Part shown: positions 30,927 through 41,814 of the stretch, one piece after another
How the letters are laid out: every line of letters begins with the position of its first letter
How positions within the stretch are numbered: the first letter of the stretch is position 1
Assembly (NCBI GenBank): GCA_031428775.1
Contig: JANOYH010000332.1
Span: forward strand, 339 to 64,338
Source: Bacteroidota bacterium
Lineage (GTDB): Bacteria; Bacteroidota; Bacteroidia; Chitinophagales; Chitinophagaceae
Direction: 5' to 3'
Length of the DNA: 64,000 nucleotides
Translations under genes and position numbers: made by a program
Notes under the pieces: generated by a model
What the model saw: the letters and a program-made list of their open reading frames with translations, nothing else
The model's database searches: none
What the model was told of the DNA's origin: nothing

Positions 30927-30940
30927 TGTAACCGATTACA
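30927..30940. promoter_or_regulatory. LacI-type operator TGTAACCGATTACA upstream of the GH115 operon
   Basis: Palindrome 29 bp before the GH115 ATG. Confidence 0.78.
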
Positions 30941-30969
30941 GCTTTGTCGAAAAAATAAATACTTGCCTG

Positions 30970-33540
30970 ATGAAAAAAAATAGAATCCTTCTAATACTCT
31001 TTTTATGGATGAAAACAGCTGCATTCACGCAACTAGCAGTTATTAATCATGCAAGCGCTAATTACATTCCCATCAGTACACAAACTCAAACTACCTATAT
31101 TTATACCGACAAAGCAGATGATTGGTTAGTTCAAAAATCTGCAGAACTATTACAACAAGACATAACATCTATTACTTCAAGAATTCCCCAAATTATTCAC
31201 GACCTGAACCAGGCAAAAAATAATTTAATCATCATTGGCAGCCTCAACAGTTCTACCACTATTCAGCAATTGGCGCGTTCAAAAAAGATTAGCATTGGAC
31301 AATTAAAAAATCAATGGGAAGCTTTTCAAATAGCAGCTGTGAGAAATCCTTCAAAAAACATTTCCTCCGCCATCATCATTACAGGTAGCGACAAAAGAGG
31401 AACTGCCTTTGGTGTTTTTGAATTTTCAAAAAGCATCGGCATTTCTCCTTGGTACTGGTGGGCTGATGTTCCTGCAAAAAAGAAAAACGAAATCTTTATA
31501 TTAAAAGCTGTAACCAATTTTGCCTCCCCTTCTGTAAAATACAGAGGCATTTTTATCAATGACGAAGCGCCTGCATTTTCTGGTTGGACAAAAGAAAAAT
31601 TCGGTGGGGTGAATCACTTGGTCTATGAAAAAATGTTTGAATTATTACTCCGACTAAAAGCCAATTACCTCTGGCCCGCTATGTGGGGCAATGCATTCAA
31701 TGACGACGACAAATTAAACCCCATTCTAGCTGATCAATACGGAATAGTAATGGGCACATCGCACCACGAACCTATGTTGCGCGCGCAAACGGAATGGAAA
31801 AGATATGGAAAAGGTGCCTGGAACTATACCACCAATGATTCTATCTTAAAAAGCTTTTGGAAAAAAGGTATCGAAAACATGGGAACCCATGAAAGTATTG
31901 TCACCATAGGCATGAGAGGCGATGGCGATGAACCCATGACCCAAGGAACGGCCATATCTCTGCTGGAGAAAATAGTTGCTGACCAACGAGACATCATTAC
32001 CGATGTAACAAAAAAGCCAGCCTCGGAACAACCCCAACTATGGGCTTTGTATAAAGAGGTGCAGGACTATTACGACAAAGGAATGCGTGTTCCGGACGAT
32101 ATTACGCTACTGCTTTGTGATGACAACTGGGGCAATATCCGCAAGCTTCCCAAATTGGGCGAAGCCAAAAGAAAAGGCGGCTACGGAATCTATTATCATT
32201 TCGATTATGTAGGCGACCCAAGAAATTACAAATGGATCAACACTAACAATATTTCACGGGTTTGGGAACAAATGCACCTGGCTTATGAATACGGTGTTGA
32301 CAAAATCTGGATCGTGAATGTAGGTGATTTGAAACCAATGGAATTCCCAATCAGTTTCTTCCTAGATTATGCTTGGGATACCAAAAAATGGAATGAAAAG
32401 AATTTAATGGATTATTATACTGAATGGACTTCTGAACAATTTGGTAAAACTAACGCAAAAGAAATCGGTAATATCATAGCAAGGTATTCTCAACTGAGTG
32501 CAATTAGAAAACCCGAATTGATCAATGAAGAAATATTTAGCCTGCAGAACTACAATGAAGCAAATAGAATAAACACTGAGTTCGAAATATTATTGACCGA
32601 AGCAGAGAGATTAAATACCGCTATCCCTGCTGAATATAAAGACGCTTATTTTGAATTGGTATTGCACCCCGTAAAAGCATTTGCCAATTTAATGCAATTG
32701 TATTTGACCGTTGCCCAGAATAAGTTTGCTGCAAAGTATTTTCAAGCAAATGCGAATCTACTAGCCGACAAAGCAAAACAACTTTATCTTAAGGATTCTT
32801 TGTTAAGTGTAGAATACCATCAGATTGCCAATGGTAAATGGAACCATATGATGGATCAAACGCATATTGGTTATACCTATTGGCAACAACCTTTTACTAA
32901 TAAAATGCCTGCTGTGAAATATGTTTCACAAGATTCTATCCAGTCAGACATCATTATCATCAAAGGCAAAAGCATCACGGCAAAATCAAGTATTCCTAAA
33001 GACAGCAATAGGAATTTGTTTTTTGAACAGGATGGATACGTATCCATTAATGCAGAGAATTTTACAAAAGCAATTAACAGCAATGGGGTTGAATGGAATA
33101 TCATTCCAAATATTGGCAGAAGCAATGCTGGCGTTAGCTCTTTCCCAGTCAATACTCCATCCCAAAAGCTAACAGAAAACTCTGCTTCACTACAATATGA
33201 AATCTATACTTATGATAGCGGCAACATAAAACTCAATACCTACTTCTCTCCAACGTTGAACTTCCAAAATACTGACGGTTTAAAATGCGCCATTTCTATT
33301 GACGATGAACAACCTCAAATAATCAATATCAATGAAGGATTAAATGATCAGAATAATTGGAGGGGCTGGGTAGCAAATAATATCATCGGCAAGACCACCA
33401 AGCATATCATTACAAAACCAGGAAAACATACCATCAAATATTGGATGATTGATTCAGGAATAGTATTGCAAAAAATTATTGCCGACTTAGGTGGTTTAAA
33501 ACCAAGTTATCTAGGCCCAGAAGAAACTAAACTTAAATAA
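30970..33540 (+). CDS. GH115 xylan alpha-1,2-(4-O-methyl)glucuronidase
   Basis: SVKYRGIFINDE, LRLKANYLWPAMW, MGTSHHEPM, GMRGDGD, LLCDDNWG, YYHFDYVG.PR, WIVNVGDLKP. Confidence 0.95.
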   Translation: MKKNRILLILFLWMKTAAFTQLAVINHASANYIPISTQTQTTYIYTDKADDWLVQKSAELLQQDITSITSRIPQIIHDLNQAKNNLIIIGSLNSSTTIQQLARSKKISIGQLKNQWEAFQIAAVRNPSKNISSAIIITGSDKRGTAFGVFEFSKSIGISPWYWWADVPAKKKNEIFILKAVTNFASPSVKYRGIFINDEAPAFSGWTKEKFGGVNHLVYEKMFELLLRLKANYLWPAMWGNAFNDDDKLNPILADQYGIVMGTSHHEPMLRAQTEWKRYGKGAWNYTTNDSILKSFWKKGIENMGTHESIVTIGMRGDGDEPMTQGTAISLLEKIVADQRDIITDVTKKPASEQPQLWALYKEVQDYYDKGMRVPDDITLLLCDDNWGNIRKLPKLGEAKRKGGYGIYYHFDYVGDPRNYKWINTNNISRVWEQMHLAYEYGVDKIWIVNVGDLKPMEFPISFFLDYAWDTKKWNEKNLMDYYTEWTSEQFGKTNAKEIGNIIARYSQLSAIRKPELINEEIFSLQNYNEANRINTEFEILLTEAERLNTAIPAEYKDAYFELVLHPVKAFANLMQLYLTVAQNKFAAKYFQANANLLADKAKQLYLKDSLLSVEYHQIANGKWNHMMDQTHIGYTYWQQPFTNKMPAVKYVSQDSIQSDIIIIKGKSITAKSSIPKDSNRNLFFEQDGYVSINAENFTKAINSNGVEWNIIPNIGRSNAGVSSFPVNTPSQKLTENSASLQYEIYTYDSGNIKLNTYFSPTLNFQNTDGLKCAISIDDEQPQIININEGLNDQNNWRGWVANNIIGKTTKHIITKPGKHTIKYWMIDSGIVLQKIIADLGGLKPSYLGPEETKLK

Positions 33541-33560
33541 TTCAACAACAAAATGTCAAC

Positions 33561-34697
33561 ATGGAAAAGTTAAAACCATTTCGTTCTAAAATTGCCGCAC
33601 TGCTTGCTATTACTACATTTACAAGTTATTATTCCTTATCGCAAACCAGTACTCAATCAACTAGTTTAAAAGAAAGCTATAAAAATAGTTTCCTAATTGG
33701 TACTGCAATGAATACGGCACAAATTGAAGAAAGAGAACCGAATTCTGCTAGGATTATCCCAGCAGAATTCAATGCTGCCACGCCAGAGAATATCATGAAG
33801 GCTGAAATTATCCATCCGGGGTGGGATATCTACCATTTTGATCTGGCCGACAAACTTGTCGCTTATGGAAAAAAGTATGATATCAAAATCAATGGCCATA
33901 CCCTTATCTGGCATAGCCAATTGCCAGCATTTGTTAGGCAGATTAAAAATGGGGACAGCTTGAAAACCTTTTTTGAAAATCATATCACTACAATTGCTTC
34001 AAGATATGATGGAAAGGTCTATTCATGGGATGTGGTAAACGAAGCATTGAATGAAGACGGCACAATGCGCAATTCAATCTTTCTACAGTTATTGGGTCCC
34101 GACTATATTGTAGCAGCATTTAAACTGGCACAAAAAGCGGCTCCAAATACACAACTCTATTATAATGATTACAATATTGAAGAACCCAAGAAAAGAGCTG
34201 GTGCCATTGAATTAATTAAAAAAATTCAGGCTGCAGGAGTAAGAATCGATGGAGTAGGAATTCAGGGCCATTGGCGGGCTAATAATATCCCTTTTAAAAA
34301 TATTGAAGAAAGCATTGAAGCATTTGGCAAACTGGGAATAAAAGTGATGTTTACAGAATTAGACCTTGGTGTATTACCCAATCCTTGGGATACCAACACC
34401 GCAGATGTAAGTGCAAGGGCCGAAAATAGCGCTAAGATGAATCCTTATACTTCTGGCTTAACCGACTCTGCTCAGGCTGTTTTTACCAAAGGATATGTAG
34501 CCCTTTTTAAATTGTTTTTAAAACATAAAGAGGTGGTTAGTCGTGTTACCTTCTGGGGCTTGAATGATGGCCAGTCTTGGTTAAATGACTGGCCTATTAG
34601 GGGCAGAACCAATTACCCTTTATTGTTTGATAGAAATTATAAACCCAAAGAAGCACATACTAAAATCCTTGAACTAACAAAGCAAAAAAATAATTAA
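33561..34697 (+). CDS. GH10 endo-1,4-beta-xylanase
   Basis: TPENIMK, GHTLIWHSQ, WDVVNEA (acid/base), YNDYN, GIQGH, FTELD (nucleophile), TFWG, YPLLFD. Confidence 0.97.
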   Translation: MEKLKPFRSKIAALLAITTFTSYYSLSQTSTQSTSLKESYKNSFLIGTAMNTAQIEEREPNSARIIPAEFNAATPENIMKAEIIHPGWDIYHFDLADKLVAYGKKYDIKINGHTLIWHSQLPAFVRQIKNGDSLKTFFENHITTIASRYDGKVYSWDVVNEALNEDGTMRNSIFLQLLGPDYIVAAFKLAQKAAPNTQLYYNDYNIEEPKKRAGAIELIKKIQAAGVRIDGVGIQGHWRANNIPFKNIEESIEAFGKLGIKVMFTELDLGVLPNPWDTNTADVSARAENSAKMNPYTSGLTDSAQAVFTKGYVALFKLFLKHKEVVSRVTFWGLNDGQSWLNDWPIRGRTNYPLLFDRNYKPKEAHTKILELTKQKNN

Positions 34698-34731
34698 CAA
34701 GGAACTTTCACTAATCCAATAAACATTAATC

Positions 34732-36201
34732 ATGAGTAACACCGCTTCACAAAAACTTTCTGTGGTTGAAAAAATTGGTTATAGTCTAGGCGACCTAGCC
34801 GCCAATCTCATCTTTCAAACTTTAATGGCTTTCCTCGCCTTTTTCTATACAGATATTTACAAGATTCCACCTGCAAAAGCAAGCCTGGTAATACTTATAG
34901 GCGGTATTGTAGGAGCATTTTTCAATATTATCATGGGTGCTATTGCAGACCGTACCAATACCAGGTGGGGTAAGTTCAGACCATGGGTATTGTGGACTGC
35001 CATCCCTTTTGGAGTAATTGCATTACTGGCATTTTCTACACCCAATTTTAGTGAAACAGGAAAAGTGATTTATGCGTTTGTTACTTATTTTTTATTGGTC
35101 ATTGTTTATTCTGCAAACAACCTCCCCTACTCTGCACTTAGCGGTGTACTTACCGGAGACATGAAAGAAAGAAACAGTCTTTCTGCTTATCGTTTTGTTG
35201 CAGTAATGGTAGCGCAATTTATTATCCAGGTTTTATTATTGCCGATGGCCATTTCTGTGGGTCATGGAGATAAAGCCGCTGGTTTTGAAAAAGTAATGTT
35301 GGTGTTTTCTATTACAGGTATCATTTGTTTTCTCATTACATTCTTAACAACCAAAGAAAGGATCGTTCCCCCTGTAGAACAAAAAACACCCGTATCGCAG
35401 GATCTTGCTGACCTTACAAAAAACAAGCCCTGGATCATTATGTTGGTATTAACCATATTGGTGTTTATTACACTTTCCATGAAGGGAGGGATGAATATTT
35501 TTTATCTGAAAAACTATTTAACGGAAGCAAGCGAAACCTCTTTTCTAGACAGTATTGGTTTTAAACATTTTCTAGAAAGTATGAGCAACACTTTTGGCAA
35601 AGAAGCCTTTGAACAATTTTATAAATCAGGCAGTGCACCCTATGCGGTTTCTAGTATTGTAGGCGCTTGCAGCACTTTCGCCATGATTGTAGGGATCTTT
35701 TTCTCAAAATTCCTGGCCGATAAATATGGCAAACGCAATGTATTCGGGATATTTTTAACCCTATCCGCCCTTTGTTTAATTGCCATTAGTTTTTATCCAA
35801 ACACCGCTGTTGGTCCCTTTGTATTCATGCAAACCGTTCATGGTTTAATTTATGGCATCACCATCCCCTTACTTTGGGCAATGATTGCCGATGTGGCTGA
35901 TTACAGTGAATGGAAAAATAATAGAAGAGCCACAGCCATTATCTTTTCTGCTATGATCTTTGGCCTAAAAGTGGGACTCAGTGTTGGAGGTGCCTTAAGC
36001 GCTTGGCTATTGGGCTTTTTTGGATATGATGCAGATGCAATTGTTCAAACTGATTCTGCCGTAAACGGAATTAAACTCCTAGCAACTATTGTACCCGGAC
36101 TAATTTTCATTGCTGGTGCAGCACTCTTATTTTGGTATGCGATCGACAAAAAAATGGAATTTCAAATTGAAGCAGATCTAAAAATAAAAAGAAGTAAATA
36201 A
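34732..36201 (+). CDS. GPH/MFS glycoside-pentoside-hexuronide:cation symporter (xylo-oligosaccharide uptake)
   Basis: EKIGYSLGD, DRTNTRWGKFRPW, PYSAL, ER..LSAYR, WAMIADVADY; located between GH10 and GH43. Confidence 0.92.
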   Translation: MSNTASQKLSVVEKIGYSLGDLAANLIFQTLMAFLAFFYTDIYKIPPAKASLVILIGGIVGAFFNIIMGAIADRTNTRWGKFRPWVLWTAIPFGVIALLAFSTPNFSETGKVIYAFVTYFLLVIVYSANNLPYSALSGVLTGDMKERNSLSAYRFVAVMVAQFIIQVLLLPMAISVGHGDKAAGFEKVMLVFSITGIICFLITFLTTKERIVPPVEQKTPVSQDLADLTKNKPWIIMLVLTILVFITLSMKGGMNIFYLKNYLTEASETSFLDSIGFKHFLESMSNTFGKEAFEQFYKSGSAPYAVSSIVGACSTFAMIVGIFFSKFLADKYGKRNVFGIFLTLSALCLIAISFYPNTAVGPFVFMQTVHGLIYGITIPLLWAMIADVADYSEWKNNRRATAIIFSAMIFGLKVGLSVGGALSAWLLGFFGYDADAIVQTDSAVNGIKLLATIVPGLIFIAGAALLFWYAIDKKMEFQIEADLKIKRSK

Positions 36202-36272
36202 GATTTATTACAAAAATAAAAAATAGGTTTTTACAAAGGAAATAAATTAGGACATATACAATTTCATATTTT

Positions 36273-37313
36273 ATGCCTGAAGAAAGTATTGAACATATTG
36301 ATTTTGACGATTTAAATAGCAGGGCCATCTCAAAACCATTGGTATCTCATATCTACACTGCAGATCCTTCTGCGCATGTATTCAATGGAAAAATCTATAT
36401 CTACCCATCACATGATATTGATGCGGGCGACGCATTTGACGACCTAGGAAGTCATTTTGCCATGGAAGACTATCATATCTTATCAATGGATTCTCCGCTC
36501 AACTTAAATGCCGTGGACAACGGAATTGCTTTGCACGTAAAAGATGTTGCATGGGCAGAAAAACAATTTTGGGCACCAGACGCAGCAGAAAAAGACGGTA
36601 CATATTATTTGTATTTCCCTGCAAAGGGATACGATGGAATTTTTAAAATTGGTGTTGCGGTAAGCCACACTCCTACAGGTCCTTTTACCCCTCAACCAGC
36701 AGCCATGAAAGGCAGTTTTTCCATAGACCCTGCTGTATTCAAAGACAATGATGGATCATACTATATGTATTTTGGAGGAATTTGGGGCGGCCAGTTACAA
36801 CGTTGGAGAAACGGTGTTTATGAAGGAGCGCAGCCAGAAAGCCCTACGGCATTTTTACCTGCCAACAATGAACCTTCTTTATGCGCTAAAGTAGCCAAGT
36901 TGACCGATGACCTATTGGAGTTTGCTGAAGAAGCCAAAGACATTGTTATTCTTGACGAAAATGGCCAGCCCCTTTTGCAAGGCGATAATGATAGAAGGTT
37001 TTTTGAAGCATCCTGGATGCATCAATATAATGGAACATATTATTTCTCCTATTCTACAGGCGATACGCATTACTTGTGTTATGCAATAGGTGATAATCCA
37101 TACGGCCCCTTCACTTACACAGGTAGAATTTTGAACCCAGTGGTTGGTTGGACATCGCATCATTCCATTTGTGAGTACAAAGATAAATGGTATCTATTTT
37201 ATCATGATAGCTGCTTGAGTAAGGGCGTAACACATTTGCGTAGTGTAAAAGTTACCGAGTTAGAATACGATGCTAAAGGAAAAATAAAAACCATTGACCC
37301 ATATAAATTATGA
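36273..37313 (+). CDS. Cytoplasmic GH43 (subfamily 1-like) beta-xylosidase
   Basis: No signal peptide; HIYTADPSAHVF, WAPDAA, SIDPAVF, RFFEASWM, VGWTSHHSI. Confidence 0.93.
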   Translation: MPEESIEHIDFDDLNSRAISKPLVSHIYTADPSAHVFNGKIYIYPSHDIDAGDAFDDLGSHFAMEDYHILSMDSPLNLNAVDNGIALHVKDVAWAEKQFWAPDAAEKDGTYYLYFPAKGYDGIFKIGVAVSHTPTGPFTPQPAAMKGSFSIDPAVFKDNDGSYYMYFGGIWGGQLQRWRNGVYEGAQPESPTAFLPANNEPSLCAKVAKLTDDLLEFAEEAKDIVILDENGQPLLQGDNDRRFFEASWMHQYNGTYYFSYSTGDTHYLCYAIGDNPYGPFTYTGRILNPVVGWTSHHSICEYKDKWYLFYHDSCLSKGVTHLRSVKVTELEYDAKGKIKTIDPYKL

Positions 37314-37383
37314 TAGAGGTTTTCAAAATAATTATAGATGAAATTTAAAAATAACATTAGTTGAAACTGAAAAATAACAATAG

Positions 37384-39321
37384 ATGAAACTTAAATATTT
37401 TGTATTGTTTGTTAGTAGCATACTATGCAATTACATGCAAGCAAGTGCTCAATTAAGACTACCAAAATTGATTCGAGACAGCATGATCTTACAAAGAGAT
37501 ATACCGCTAAATATTTGGGGATGGTCTTTGCCAGAAGACAAAATAAAAATCCAGTTCAATCATCAGAAATATACCGCTACAACTGGTAAGGATGGGAAAT
37601 GGATCGCCACTATTGATGCAATTAAAGCAGGCGAAACTTATTCCATGCAGATCAGCAATAATAAACAAACCATTGTGCTCAATAATATTTTGGCTGGCGA
37701 TGTATGGATCTGTTCTGGCCAATCAAATATGGTGCATCAGATGACTTTGCATAGTGTACTGTATGCCGATGAAATTGCCCAAGCAAATAATCCTGAGATT
37801 AGGCATTTTTGGATTCCTAATGTAACTGATTTAAACAAACCACATGAAGATCTAACAACTGGTTTTTGGAAATCAGCCAACCCTCAAGACATTTTACAAT
37901 TCTCTGCAGTTGCCTATTTCTTTGCAAAAAAAGTCTATGAAAAATATCATATCCCCATTGGTTTAATCAATGCAAGTGTTGGGGGTACTCCTATTGAAGC
38001 ATGGATCAGTGAAGAAGGGTTTAAAGATTTTCCCAGCATCCAACAACTGATTAAGAAAAACAAAGACAGTGCCTATATCAATGACCTGATAAGAAGATCC
38101 GCAGCGTTTAATGCAAGCAGGCCACCAAGGCAAGAGGATAAAGGAATGGTTAACAAATGGTACGATGCTAATTTTGTTCCCAAAGGTTGGTACAGCATAA
38201 ATGTTCCAGGCTTCTGGGAAGACCAAGGTATCAAAGAATTAGACGGTATTGTTTGGTACAGAAAGGAAATAGAGATTCCCGCATCCATGACAAATGTTTC
38301 AGCAAAACTATTCTTAGGCAGGATTGTTGACGCGGATAATGTATACATCAACGGTACGGCTATAGGCAATACAACTTACATGTATCCTCAAAGAAGGTAT
38401 ACCATTGCTCCTGGTATTTTGCGCGCGGGAAAAAATATCATTACAGTGAGGGTACAAAACAATGCAGGCAAAGGCGGTTTTGTTCCAGACAAACCTTACC
38501 ACCTAATCGCCAACAACCAGACCATTGACCTCAGAGGAGAATGGAAATATAAAGTTGGTTCAGTGTTTATTCCGCAAAGAGAATTCGGACCAAGCCCTGT
38601 ATCTGCTCAAAATCAGCCGATCGCCTTATACAATGCAATGATTGCCCCGCTTACAAACTATGCTTGTAAAGGCTTTCTATGGTACCAAGGCGAAGCAAAT
38701 TCGGGCAGAGCTAATGAATATATGCAATTGCAGTCGGCTCTAGTTAAAGACTGGAGAAACAAATGGCAAAATAATGATGCCCCATTTTTATATGTACAGT
38801 TGCCAGGCTTTATGGACATGAATTATTTGCCATCAGAAAGTCAGTGGGCTGCATTCAGAGAAGCACAATTAAAATCTTTATCCATACCCAATTCAGCCAT
38901 GGCCGTTGCTATTGACATTGGCGAATGGAATGATATTCATCCCGACAGAAAGAAAGAAGTAGGCGACAGATTATTCCTAGCTGCAGAAAAAATTGCCTAT
39001 CAACAGAAGGAGATTGTTTATTCAGGCCCCATCTTTCAAACTGCAACCGTTGAAGGTAATAAAATCAATATCTCCTTCAACAATATCGGAACCGGTTTAG
39101 TAAGCAGCGATGGAGAAGAATTAAACTATTTCTCCATTGCGGGAGCAGAAAAGAAATTTGTTTGGGCCAAAGCAAAAATTGAGGGCAATCATGTAATAGT
39201 TTGGAATGATGCAATTACTAACCCTTTGTTTGTAAGGTATGCCTGGGCTGATAACCCTGCAGGAGCAAATCTATCTAACAAAGAAGGACTACCAGCATCT
39301 CCTTTTAGGACAGATCAATAA
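37384..39321 (+). CDS. SGNH acetylesterase of the sialate O-acetylesterase (SASA/CE20-like) type with an inserted sugar-binding domain
   Basis: GDVWICSGQSNM, GGTPIEAW, WYQGEAN, DIHP; in a xylan operon, so acetylxylan esterase is the likelier role. Confidence 0.85.
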   Translation: MKLKYFVLFVSSILCNYMQASAQLRLPKLIRDSMILQRDIPLNIWGWSLPEDKIKIQFNHQKYTATTGKDGKWIATIDAIKAGETYSMQISNNKQTIVLNNILAGDVWICSGQSNMVHQMTLHSVLYADEIAQANNPEIRHFWIPNVTDLNKPHEDLTTGFWKSANPQDILQFSAVAYFFAKKVYEKYHIPIGLINASVGGTPIEAWISEEGFKDFPSIQQLIKKNKDSAYINDLIRRSAAFNASRPPRQEDKGMVNKWYDANFVPKGWYSINVPGFWEDQGIKELDGIVWYRKEIEIPASMTNVSAKLFLGRIVDADNVYINGTAIGNTTYMYPQRRYTIAPGILRAGKNIITVRVQNNAGKGGFVPDKPYHLIANNQTIDLRGEWKYKVGSVFIPQREFGPSPVSAQNQPIALYNAMIAPLTNYACKGFLWYQGEANSGRANEYMQLQSALVKDWRNKWQNNDAPFLYVQLPGFMDMNYLPSESQWAAFREAQLKSLSIPNSAMAVAIDIGEWNDIHPDRKKEVGDRLFLAAEKIAYQQKEIVYSGPIFQTATVEGNKINISFNNIGTGLVSSDGEELNYFSIAGAEKKFVWAKAKIEGNHVIVWNDAITNPLFVRYAWADNPAGANLSNKEGLPASPFRTDQ

Positions 39322-39349
39322 GCATATTTTAACTACACAATTTCTAATT

Positions 39350-40876
39350 ATGAGAAAAGTTTATTTCCTTTTATCATTGACAATTGTTGTTTATACTGTT
39401 AATGCTCAAACTGCTAAAATAGATAGTAGCAAATATCTCCCATTAGTAACTTTTGCTGCGCAACAAGACCATGCAAATATGATGCAGCAGTTGGGTATTA
39501 AACAACTAAGACCAGGTCCAAGCGGCAATGCCACTGATGCAAATCATGCAAACTATGACCAATCATTAGCTAACCCTTGTCCACTCTTACCAGATTTGCT
39601 AACCAATAAAAAAGGAGAAAAAATTACCAACCAAGATATGTGGTGGAATAATCGCCGCCACGAAATTGTAGAAGACCTAGAAAGAGAAGTCTATGGTAGA
39701 CTGCCTAAAAACTTACCCAAAGTTACTTGGATTGTAAAAATCACGGATCGTGAATTTATTGGTCGCACCCCCGCCATAGTAAAAATGTTAGTAGGCCATG
39801 TTGACAATAGTGAATACCCTTTGATTAATGTAGACATCAATATGATGTTGGTTGTACCCACAAATGTAAAAGGCCCTGTGCCTATTTTAATGATGTTTGG
39901 CGGTAGACCAAGTTTTCCCGCCCCTGCACAACCTTCTCCAGATCAGATGGAAAAACTGAATACCGCTTTTAAAGAAATGATGGTTAAAAATAATCCAGAA
40001 TTAAAATCAATATTCGACCAATATCCTGCTTATTCACCCATCACAAGATTAGCAGTGCCTAACTTTTTTGCCCCCCCACCTGCAGGTGATCCATCACCCA
40101 CAGAACAATTACTGGCTGCTGGTTGGGGTTATGTAACAATAGACCCAAATAGCATACAGGCCGATAATGGTGCTGGTATGACAAGAGGCATTATTGGGCT
40201 TGTCAATAAGGGTCAGCCACGCAAACCAGACGATTGGGGTTCCTTACGCGCATGGGCTTGGGGTGCTGCTCGTGGATTGGATTATCTGGAAACAGATAGT
40301 TTGGTCAATGCCAAAAAAGTAGGCATTGAAGGCGTATCACGTTATGGAAAAGCAGCATTGGTAACACTTGCTTTTGAACAAAGATTCGCGGTAGGATTAA
40401 TTGGTTCTTCCGGTAAAGGTGGAGCAACTATTCATAGAAGGGTATTTGGTGAAGCGGTAGAAAGTCTTACTGGAGGTGAATATTATTGGATGGCTGGAAA
40501 CTATATGAAGTATGGTGCATCAGATGCTGTATTTGGTACTAAAACTGGATGTGATTTGCCAGTTGATTCGCATGATTTAATTGCGCTATGCGCACCAAGA
40601 GCCACATTCATCAGCTATGGCATACCAGAAAAAGGAGACGCCAATTGGCTTGATCAACAAGGCAGTTATATGGCTACCATTGCAGCAGGCGCTGCTTTCA
40701 AATTATTAGGTGTTAAAGACCTTGGGCTTACTAATGATTATCAAACTGAAAAAATGCCCGCATTCAATACCAGTATGCTAGATGGAACCCTTGCATGGAG
40801 ACAACATGATGGTGGTCATACTGACGCTCTCAATTTCAAATACTTTATTCCATGGGCAACCAAAATTTTAAAATAA
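39350..40876 (+). CDS. CE15-like glucuronoyl esterase
   Basis: LRAWAWGAARGLDYL, nucleophile motif GVSRYGK, LIALCAPR, GGH. ATG 39350 preferred over the track start 39239. Confidence 0.8.
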   Translation: MRKVYFLLSLTIVVYTVNAQTAKIDSSKYLPLVTFAAQQDHANMMQQLGIKQLRPGPSGNATDANHANYDQSLANPCPLLPDLLTNKKGEKITNQDMWWNNRRHEIVEDLEREVYGRLPKNLPKVTWIVKITDREFIGRTPAIVKMLVGHVDNSEYPLINVDINMMLVVPTNVKGPVPILMMFGGRPSFPAPAQPSPDQMEKLNTAFKEMMVKNNPELKSIFDQYPAYSPITRLAVPNFFAPPPAGDPSPTEQLLAAGWGYVTIDPNSIQADNGAGMTRGIIGLVNKGQPRKPDDWGSLRAWAWGAARGLDYLETDSLVNAKKVGIEGVSRYGKAALVTLAFEQRFAVGLIGSSGKGGATIHRRVFGEAVESLTGGEYYWMAGNYMKYGASDAVFGTKTGCDLPVDSHDLIALCAPRATFISYGIPEKGDANWLDQQGSYMATIAAGAAFKLLGVKDLGLTNDYQTEKMPAFNTSMLDGTLAWRQHDGGHTDALNFKYFIPWATKILK

Positions 40877-40906
40877 ACTATAACCGAGTTTTCAATTCTC
40901 TTTATT

Positions 40907-41698
40907 ATGAAAACATTATTCGTTTTTCTATTTTTGAATAGCTTTTTCATCTTTACTGTAACCGCACAAAATGCAAATACATGGAATTCAAAAAAAAGCG
41001 CCATTGTATTAACATATGATGATGCACTTCCTCAACAACTAGACAATGCCATTCCTGTTTTAGATTCATTGAATCTTAAAGCAACTTTTTATTTAACTGC
41101 ATTTTTTGCTAAAGATCGATTGAATGACTGGAAAAGCATTGCAAGTAATGGACATGAACTGGGTAATCATACTTTATACCATCCATGTGTGGGAGGGAAA
41201 GGTAGAGAATGGGTAAAATCAGATTATGATCTCAATAATTATACAGTACAACGAATGGTTGATGAGATTAAAATGACGAATATTTTTTTACAAGCCCTTG
41301 ATGGTAAATCAAAAAGAACATTTGCATTTACTTGTGGTGATATGAAAGTAGGTGATGTTTTTTTTATAGATAGTTTGAAAAATAATTTTGTTGCAGCAAG
41401 GGCAGTAAGGAACCAAATGCATACTATTGACAAAATAGATTTATACAATTTTGACTGTTATGTGGTTAACAATCATAGCTCAGAACAAATGATTGAATGG
41501 GTTAAGAAATCAATTGAAACAAATTCTTTGCTGGTCATATTATTTCATGGTGTAGGTGGTGGCAACTCACTAAATGTGTCTGTTGTGGAACATAGTAAGT
41601 TCTTGCATTATCTCAAACAAAATGAAAAATATATTTGGATTACAACAATGATGGATGTGGCTGAATCAATTAAAGCTTATCAGGCAAAAGCCAAATAA
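40907..41698 (+). CDS. CE4 (NodB-type) polysaccharide deacetylase
   Basis: LTYDD, HELGNHTLYHP, ILFHG motifs; signal peptide. Confidence 0.88.
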   Translation: MKTLFVFLFLNSFFIFTVTAQNANTWNSKKSAIVLTYDDALPQQLDNAIPVLDSLNLKATFYLTAFFAKDRLNDWKSIASNGHELGNHTLYHPCVGGKGREWVKSDYDLNNYTVQRMVDEIKMTNIFLQALDGKSKRTFAFTCGDMKVGDVFFIDSLKNNFVAARAVRNQMHTIDKIDLYNFDCYVVNNHSSEQMIEWVKKSIETNSLLVILFHGVGGGNSLNVSVVEHSKFLHYLKQNEKYIWITTMMDVAESIKAYQAKAK

Positions 41699-41814
41699 AC
41701 AAGCGTTAATTTAGTTTTAAATTGGTATTGAAGTCTAAAGCTAGCAAAGGTCGGTTTGCATCAGAATAGGTTTCCCTATCTTTGAAAGAATATTTTTTCC
41801 TTCAAAGACTGATA

